In this document: positions 55,679 through 64,000 of the stretch, one piece after another
Layout: each line of letters begins with the position of its first letter
Position numbering within the stretch: position 1 is the stretch's first letter
Source of the DNA: Camelus dromedarius
Lineage: Eukaryota
Length of the DNA stretch: 64,000 nucleotides
Reading direction: 5' to 3'
Assembly (NCBI RefSeq): GCF_036321535.1
Contig: NC_087437.1
Coordinates: 96,598,001 to 96,662,000, forward strand
The notes under the pieces: model-generated
Databases searched by the model: none
Seen by the model: the letters and a program-made list of their open reading frames with translations, nothing else
What the model was told of the DNA's origin: nothing
Program-made: the position numbers and the translations under genes

Positions 55679-56132
55679 TGACAACTATAAATTGGCACTG
55701 GCCATCTGCCTCTAAAAGGATTAAGTCACTAGCTGCTGACCTTCAACATACCCTGAAAGGAATTCAGGATGGAGGTCAGAAAGGTAGAACAGGGCTTCAA
55801 ACAGTTAAATATTTTCAGGAGAAGATTTCATGAGCCCATATTCTCACATGTTCTCATATCTAGAAAAGTAACAAAATCATTAACGGAGATATCTGCTCCT
55901 GGAGATTAGCAATAACCTTCACAAGACTAGCAGCAACCTTCTTCAAAAATGTGTGCTTGGTTGCATGCACCCCTCTTCACTAAAATCAAATAAATACTGA
56001 CCTTCTCCCTACCTCTTCAGAGCAGCTCCTTAGAGCTATATGAGATGCTGTCTCCTGGGCTATAGTTCTCATTTTGCCCAAAATAAAGCTTAACTTGCAA
56101 CTCTCACATTGTGCATTTTTTTTCAGGTGACA
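55679..56132 (+). mobile_element. Solo ERV LTR (ERV1-like, resembles cetartiodactyl LTRs)
   Basis: TG...CA termini, AATAAA at 56082-56087, end motif GCAACTCTCACATTGTGCATTTTTTTTCAGGTGACA; candidate 4-bp TSD ATAG/ACAG, inserted into a GATA-like tract. Confidence 0.75.
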
Positions 56133-56264
56133 ACAGATATATAGGTAGGTAGATAGACAGATACAGAGATATGCAAAGACACAGCTGCAATCTAAATTTT
56201 AAGATGTTATTAAGAGTGAGAGGATTAATTTTGATCTCCCTTAAAATTAGACATTATACAACTA

Positions 56265-56430
56265 TAGCATTGACCCTTAGGATGGATAAACCTCAGAGAG
56301 GTCCAAGAATTCTCTGAAATGGTGTATAAAATTGGGTACTTTTATGTGGGCAGGAGGTAGTGGAGAGTGGGACTAAAGCTTTCATCAAATTTGTAAGAGG
56401 ACTGAGACTTTAAAATTATGAAGGACCACT
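56265..56430. mobile_element. hAT-Charlie-type MITE
   Basis: CTGAAATGGTGTATAAAATT...AGCTTTCATCAAATT...GAAGGACCACT. Confidence 0.55.
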
Positions 56431-56519
56431 AAAAACTAGGTATTCCATGTAATCCCATTATTTGGTTCATCACATAAAATGCCATGAAACAGTTTAACTT
56501 CAAGAACTTTGACACCCAA

Positions 56520-56636
56520 AGGCATATTAGAGATACAGGATCCCCAGCCCAATCCCAGACCCACAGAATCAGAATCTGCATTTTAACAAGCTCTCCCAGC
56601 AAAGCATATGCACATTAAAGTTTAAGAAGCAATGCT
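56520..56636. mobile_element. MER5B-like element
   Basis: CCCAGACCCACAGAATCAGAATCTGCATTTTAACAAG...ATATGCACATTAAAGTTTAAGAAGCA. Confidence 0.75.
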
Positions 56637-56647
56637 CTGAACAGTTT

Positions 56648-56830
56648 TAGTATGGTCTTGAGCTACGGATGTTTTTACATTTTTATAGTGTTGTTAAAAG
56701 AAAAGAGTGAAGGAAAAAGGAGGAGACAAAGAAAAAGAAGGGGAAGGTGGAGGAAAAAAGAGACCTTATATGGTCTACAAAGCTTGAAATATTGCTTTCT
56801 GATCCTTTTCAGAAGTTTGTCAATCCTGTT
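56648..56830 (+). mobile_element. MER58-like element
   Basis: TGAGCTACGGATGTTTTTACATTTTTA...AGAGACCTTATATGGTCTACAAAGCTTGAAATATT...AGTTTGTCAATCCTG. Confidence 0.65.
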
Positions 56831-57477
56831 CTAGAGCACCTGTTTATCACTTTCTATTAATAACTTTAGTTTTTTAAATTTATCTTTTTATATAGGACCA
56901 GATGGACTGTTTTCTCCAGATTTCAGACAAATAAAAAAAAAATACTTCAACAGCAGAAAAAAGAAACTTTGCTCCTGTAACAGGAAATATTCAGAATCCC
57001 TATTTGATCATATAGACTAAGTATCATGTCAGAATTACTATCTGCAATTCTAACTTTGCTTGCAGCTGATAACAATTCTGGACATCTTTTTATATCTCAA
57101 ATGTGAATTGAATAATAAAATACTCAAGTTTTAATTTAAAACATCTTATTAAACTGTCCTTAGCTATTATAAAGAAAGATGATGAAAATTAGTCACAGGG
57201 TACTACAGGTGAACATCTAAATGTTTACTTTTAGTGTCCAAAAAGGAAGCTATAAAACAGTCAAGTGACAATATTCATAACTGAATAGCTGATAGAGGCA
57301 GAATTATATATATCTCAGGGCCGTTCATCCAAAATGTACCAGACTTCATAAAAATGGTTGAAAGAGTAAGTAAAGAATGCCACTACAAGTAGACTAATTA
57401 AAAATAAATTCTAAAATTGATTTCAATAAAATGAGCCAAATTAACACCTTTAGTTATGATCAGAAAGCATCTTCTTT

Positions 57478-57635
57478 GTTTTTCAAAGTGTGATTCTTAG
57501 ACTACATGCATCAGAATCACCTGAGATATTTCTTTAAAATGGAGCTTCTTGGTCTCCACAGTGAATAGAATGCATCAAATGAGACAGCCGGATGTAGAAG
57601 TGTCTTTGAGTAATGTTCTAAGCACCCAAACTTAC
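57478..57635. mobile_element. MER5-family fragment
   Basis: TTTTTCAAAGTGTG...TGCATCAGAATCACCTGAG. Confidence 0.55.
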
Positions 57636-58496
57636 ATAATGGATTATTTCCACTTCTCAGAGACTCTCAAACAATGATTTTGTAATGATTTTAGTAAAAT
57701 ATTTAATAAAACACAAATTGAATAGTTTATTAGCTCTTCAAGTTTTAAAGAATTGGAGGTAAAGTATAAAATCATAATTCACGAATATATTTAAATTTAG
57801 TTTTATTTACTCAATAACCACTCATTTGCAGTGAGTACTACCAAACTTTTGTTTTCAGAAGTGATTTCAATTGTATAATACAGTGACGGAGGATAATGCA
57901 CCTAAAAGAACACTGGCTGATTTCATTTAATGTGTTTGAAAGTAAACTGCTTCTGCCTTTTTATTCAGTTGGAATATAATATTTCCTTGCACTAAGCTTT
58001 ATTTTTCATTCATATACTAGATAACTATATCTAGTAAGTTAAATAACATATTTCAAATTTTTCTGAATTTTTTCAAGGGCAGGAGAAAATTTCGGTAAAT
58101 ACATTCCCTCCAGCAAAATTTCTACACAGTATTCATTTTGCTTTTTCTTAAAAATGTACAGAATATTGTGCTCTAGTTCATAATGAGTATGTTTGCTTTA
58201 ATAAAATATTTTCCAAAAAATTTAGTAAACTTAAGCCAGCAAGATTTTCTATGATTACTCCAGTTCTGGATGTGACCAGAGATACTTCCTGAAGTTACCC
58301 CTCCCGTCTTCAGAGGTACATAGTGCAGCATAAAAAAGTGAAGGCTGGATGACCATCACAAAAAAGGAGTCAGTGTGGTAGGAATAAACAAAGAGATTAT
58401 TGACTAGCAAATATTTATGCCTCACTTTTACTAGGTAGAAATCAGAACCCCAATGTCTCACCACTCAGTTTAGATGATTAAAAGAATCATATATGT

Positions 58497-59085
58497 AACA
58501 TGCACCCCAATGTTTATAGCAGCACTATATACAATAGCCAAGACGTGGAAACAACCTAAAAGTCTACAGACAGATGACTAGATAAAGAAGTTGTGGTATG
58601 TTTATTCAATGGAATACTACTCAGCCATAAAAAAGAATAACATAATGCCATCTGCAGCAAAATGGATGGACCTAGAGATCATCATTCTAAGTGAAGTAAG
58701 CAGAAAGAAAAATACCATATGATATCACTCGTATGTGGAAACAAAAAAAAAAAAAGAGGGCACTAATGAACTCATCTACAAAACAGGTATAGAGTCACAG
58801 ATATAGTAAATGATCTTATGGTTACTGGGAGGGGGAAGGAGGTGGAAGGGATAAATTTGGGAGTTTGAGATTTGTAAATGTTAGCCACTACATATAAAAA
58901 TAGATTAAAAAGACTTCTTCCATACAGCACAGGAAACTATATTCAATATTTTGTAATAACCTTTAATGAAAAAGAATATGAAAACAAATATATGTATGTA
59001 TGTATATGCATGACTGGGACATTGTGCTGTATGCCAGAAATGGACACATTGTAATTAACTATACTTCAATTTAACAACAAAAAAC
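58497..59085 (+). mobile_element. 5'-truncated lineage-specific L1 3' end
   Basis: ACATGCACCCCAATGTTTATAGCAGCACTATATACAATAGCCAAGACGTGGAAACAACCTAAA...GTAATTAACTATACTTCAATT; first ~250 nt visibly homologous to the L1 at 29190-29440. Confidence 0.9.
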
Positions 59086-59989
59086 TAAATAAAACATATA
59101 TCTAGATCACAAGGACATGTAATAAGCATCCAATGTAATTTTTTTTTTCCTTTAATGATTATAAATACTCTTTCCAAAATTTGCCCCTTGCAACTCTAAC
59201 CACACTGACAAGAGTTTCTCTTCTCTGAGGTCATTCTTGTATTAACAATTTTTCTGCATGGTAAATTTTAGCTAGATCAGGTTGATCTTTTTATACTAGA
59301 TTTCTAAAGAATTAAAGCTGTTACTGATTTCTGTTTTCCCAAAATAAAGCCTATTTAAAATTTTCTCCACAGAAACATACCTCTATGCCACTACAAATGC
59401 TGTCCACATTGATTAGTGAGCAGACATAATTTGTAATAATGTGGACTTAATTAATAACTCCATCAAGTCTGTCCTTAGAACTATGCTATCCTTTAATTCT
59501 TCATGATGAATAAGTTCCAGTGTACTTCCCTTATGAGGGAGGGGAAATAGAAGAGGGATGTAAGAATTTTTTTTCCCCCTAGAGGTCTTACGATGTGATA
59601 AGAAGTGGTGAGAAAGCCAGTGTTAGGAAAACACAAAGACTGTTTCATCCGTTTGAACCTTAGAAACTCTCTCATGAGATGATCTAATTTGGCAATGAAC
59701 TAAATATATTTTAAAACTCATTTCTTTTGGAAACACAGCAAAGTTAAAAATAAGTTTAAATTAGATAAGACATCAAAATTAAATTGAGGCCTAGAAATAC
59801 TAGTTATTTATTACAAAAATTCTGAATGGCTTTTTAATGTCATAAATCTGAAGGGCCAAGGGTGTGAAAGGGAACGACAAAAATTAAAGACGTTTCTTGT
59901 CAAACATGGCAGCCTCGATTCTGAAAGCTTTAGTTCTATTGCATCTCATGTGCTCCCTGTTTACCCAATCTCCCAGGTCCAACAGGCAA

Positions 59990-60125
59990 AAGATTGAGCT
60001 ACTCCGAGACCCTCTTTTCCCAAACCCCATTTTACAGTTGAGAAGAAAGGGAAAAAAAGACATAGAGAAGCAAAGAAATGAAGTTTCTTTCCCCAAAACT
60101 GAAAACTACAACATAGTGGCCTTAG
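59990..60125 (-). mobile_element. MIR SINE fragment
   Basis: CCCAAACCCCATTTTACAGTTGAGAAG core. Confidence 0.5.
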
Positions 60126-60179
60126 CTCTGTTTTCAGAATAACTTCTTCCTATCATTCTTTTTTATCCGTATTTTGGAA

Positions 60180-60340
60180 GTGTAAAATAGAAAGTCCCAA
60201 GCACTAGATTTCTGTTGTATTTGGGGGTTTTTTTGTTTTGTTTTGTTTTTCCCTTGGCCATTATGTGATTACATATGTGATCTTAAGCAAGTTAACTAAA
60301 CTCTCTAATGGTACTATTTCTTTATTTCAAAATTGAGTCA
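60180..60340 (+). mobile_element. MIR SINE fragment
   Basis: ATGTGATCTTAAGCAAGTTAACTAAACTCTCT. Confidence 0.55.
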
Positions 60341-62529
60341 CCTAGAAGAGTAGGTTGCCACAAGTTCATTGTTTTATAACATGATTACACTCTTTATGGC
60401 CATCACATCATAATGGACATATCTATAAGAAAAGATAATGGGTAGCAGTTTAAATTTATTACCACAGAGCAAATTTTTAAAGATATACACTATAGATTAA
60501 CGTTCATATTTTTAATGTAAGTAGAGATTAGATAGGTTTGCCCTTGATAGGTCTTGTGTCTACTATCAAAAGCAATGGTTGTCAAAATGCCTTTTTAGAG
60601 CACCCTCCAAAGTTTAACAATGATTTAAAAGTTTTTGTTTAAAAAGCAGCTGATGTAACACTTAAAATTTATTCTTAAATTTCTATTAAAGTGTATTCAC
60701 ACTGCCAGTAAATACATGGTTCTATAAATCACTTAAACCAAAGATCAACTGGTAATACATAAATACTCATCTTAAAAGTAAATCTTTTATCCAGTAGTTA
60801 AAATACAACCTTAGTAAAAGATTCTTAAAATGTCTTTTCTTATTCAGGGTGAGCAGGTTGCTATAAGGATAAAGTAACTAAGACAGATTTCATAAAACTT
60901 TTTCTCTAAATTTCACAATTGTATATTTCAGGTCTTTATTTGTGTACACAACAAAAGTTGCTGAAAATAATAAAAGTGAAATACATTCTCCTTTTTTTCT
61001 CCAACCACCTTATGTTATTCAGTGTCTTTGTTATGTAAGTTTTAATTGCTTTTTATATTAGAAAATTATTTCACTTTTTGGCTGCCTGCACCCAACGCAC
61101 TGAGCCGCTGACATCTCATGAGCAGGTGGGCCCAGGTGAGAGCACCAGAACCCAGAGGGAAGGCAGGACTGGTTTGGGTAAATAAGAACCAACAGCAGAA
61201 AGCAACTTAAAAAGGTGTGGGATACATGAGAATATCTCTAAAACACTGAAGAGATATTTTGAAACCACAAATCTGAAAGGTTTCCAAGTAAGTTTTTAGG
61301 AGTGGTTTTCTCCTGAGAAATAAAAACTTAATTTCCTACTTTATAAATTCACTTTCCAACAATTCAGTGAGGAGCCAACATATTAACCTGGATATTAACC
61401 AAAACTATTTCAAATCAATTTGCTACATCTTAACCATTGTTGAAGACATTCTTTAAAGAATGATTTGCCACCAAATCAGAGATTTTCATGGGTTATGTAG
61501 ATTTGCCTTACAGTGACAAAAACAATCTGTATTCCAGGAAGATATCTTTGAAATTTAGCTTCTTATTGTCATATTTATTATATTTAATTGGTTTAAAATT
61601 GCATTTGGCTTTACAAAAAAATGATGCAATGAAACAATCTCCAACCTCATTCAGTTGTTTAATAATGTTTAATTTTCTAAAAACTATCAATATTTATTTG
61701 GTGGAGACTATGAATGAGTTTCCATAAAAAGACATTCTACTTACATAAACTCCTAACGGAGTGATAACATTTTGGCCTTCTATTCTATTTCCTAAGCAAT
61801 ATATTTTGAAAATTTTGTGCTAGTAGCATTAATCTTAGTAACTGCAGATGCCAAAGGTCCCTGTATTAGTGTCAGAAAATATCATTCCTACAAGCACTGG
61901 TATTTTATACCTGTGCTAAGCTTTGTTAAATATTTAGTTTCTGGTAAATTTGCCTAGAACTCTTGATATATTTTTCTTTAATCTGAAATATCTTATTATA
62001 AAGTTAAATTGAGAGTCAATGAACCCAGTTAAAATTACAAAGTTCTTTTACTGTATTGTATACTAAGGATTTTTTTTTAACAGAATTGAGAATATTAGTA
62101 CAATCCAGAAATTTTCTTAAAAGAATAATGGCTAAATCATTACCCCGAAAATTAGAACTGCCATGAGCCAAATGTATTAGCTGTATCATGTCTGAGTAAT
62201 ACACACAAAGACTGGTTTTAGACTTGTTCAATTCCAGTTGACATCCAACTACTGAAGAAGTTGGCCTAACATATGAATCTCATCATATTACACTATTATC
62301 TTTTTAAAATATGGTTCTTAAACCATGGATTAACTTATATGGAACAGAGGCAAGACCATGGAATGGAGGATGACATCTCAGATATTGGGTAAAATTCTGT
62401 GCATGTGTGTGCATGTACCTTTAAAAGAAATGATAAAATGTATCATTGACAGTTAATACAGATTCTCTGTCAATAAGAGAACTCTGACTTGAAATTGTTC
62501 TAGTCCAAATGCAAGACAAGAATACAAAA

Positions 62530-62678
62530 TCAGGCAAGTCTCTTACCGTCTCCACACTTTGGTTTCCACATCTATAAAACATAGCAGTACCAACCTAATA
62601 GCACTGCTGCAATGACTGCATGAGATTTTTCCATGGGCTGAGCACACAGTAAGCACTCAGTAAATGTTTACTACTATT
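62530..62678 (+). mobile_element. MIR SINE 3' half
   Basis: CAGGCAAGTCTCTTA...GGTTTCCACATCTATAAAA...GCACACAGTAAGCACTCAGTAAATGTTTACTACTATT. Confidence 0.75.
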
Positions 62679-64000
62679 GGTGTTACTATAATATATAATC
62701 ACTTTATTAGTATAACCTCTATCACTACACTCAAAGGAATTTGTGACCCCATTAAGACAGAGGACTACCATCTGCAAGACGTAGTTTTCCTGCAATTGCA
62801 GGTCATTCAAAATACAGCTTCTGCCTATCTCTCCATTGTGATTTTCACCACAGGCTGTTCCTACCTACCAAATTAAAGGTCATTCTGAATGGTATCCCTT
62901 ACCTACATTTCCCTGAAGGCTCCATGTTTTCAACAACTCTGCACCTTAGTCAGATTTATGACATACACCAAAGTTCTAAAGATGAAAATACTAGATGCTC
63001 AATCAATATTTTATATAAATATATGAGTAAGTATATCACTTTTGTTATTCTGTCAGTGGAGCTACAGATAGCTAAATTTTGATCAAAAAACTCTAGAACA
63101 ACTGAAGATTGCTTCTACTGTGGTTTACGACAAATTGGATGTGTGGGACTTTAGTACCAGGTGCTACCATCTAGGCATGCTGAAGAAATCATTTGCAAAT
63201 AATATTCACTGGAGTTTAATCAGATATTGATATTAAATAATCCTTTGTGTTTCCTTAAATATTTTATTGAAATAGGTTATACCAATACTGATTTTTCTTT
63301 GTGAAAATCTTGAAACCACTGCATGATCAACACATAGAAAGACTCTGTTTTTTGGTTACTTTTCTATTATAAGTTTAATGATGATTAAGGACTATCAAAA
63401 GAATCTTTTTAGAGAGCATGATAACATGACTTAAATGACAATCAGGAAATGGGATATTATCAGAACACTTTCTGAATTTAACACTTACCAGTAATTTAAA
63501 GGGGTGGTGGTAACAAAATCATTTTCTCCCTTTAAATGAAAGATATTTCTTCCTTGAAATCTCTAAATTACAGTTCTATAGAACTGTATTTTTAAAATAA
63601 GGATAAGACCTCTTGCAATAATAAAACCAAGTCAAAGGTGAGTATAGCGATTCCAAGGACAAAAAGAAAAATTTTTTGCTTGTAAAGTGGGAACAGCCAT
63701 ATTGTATTCAGTTTTCTTAACGTTGTACAATGGCATGCTGAAATTCTTTTTCTGAAGCCTCTACCTTGGAAAGTAAAAGAAGTGTATAAAGATATCTGAA
63801 TACAACCTGTACTTATTGCTTTGTGTTTGACCATCAAGCTCAGCATGAATGGGCCTTCACAGTTGACCAAACTGAATGGAAGCGACAGCATCACATTTCT
63901 ATGGAGTTATCTGCAAGATATGCACCTAAATTCATTTTTGAAGTATTTACTCCCCTAAAAACACCTCGGACAAGATTTTGATCCAGAATAGGTTGAAAAA

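Overview
AT-rich, CpG-depleted mammalian genomic DNA lying inside one very large gene on the minus strand. The only coding sequence I can support is a 327-nt phase 1-1 exon (52172..51846) encoding the first Ig domain of ROBO2. The rest is intron: old mammalian repeats (L1M, L2, MIR, hAT/MER, MLT1), lineage-specific elements (two tRNA-Ala-derived SINEs resembling the camelid vic-1 type, a 2-kb 5'-truncated L1 with a target-site duplication, a solo ERV LTR), microsatellites, and a few motif-rich non-repeat patches that may be enhancers. The SINEs suggest a camelid genome (inference). I found no convincing new biological system. The best leads concern how the ROBO2 Ig1 exon is processed: inverted L1 copies flank it, back-splicing would create an in-frame TGA exactly at the junction, and read-through of the donor would give a secreted Ig1-only form. 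Repeat family names are from recalled consensus sequences, not a search, and boundaries of old repeats are approximate.
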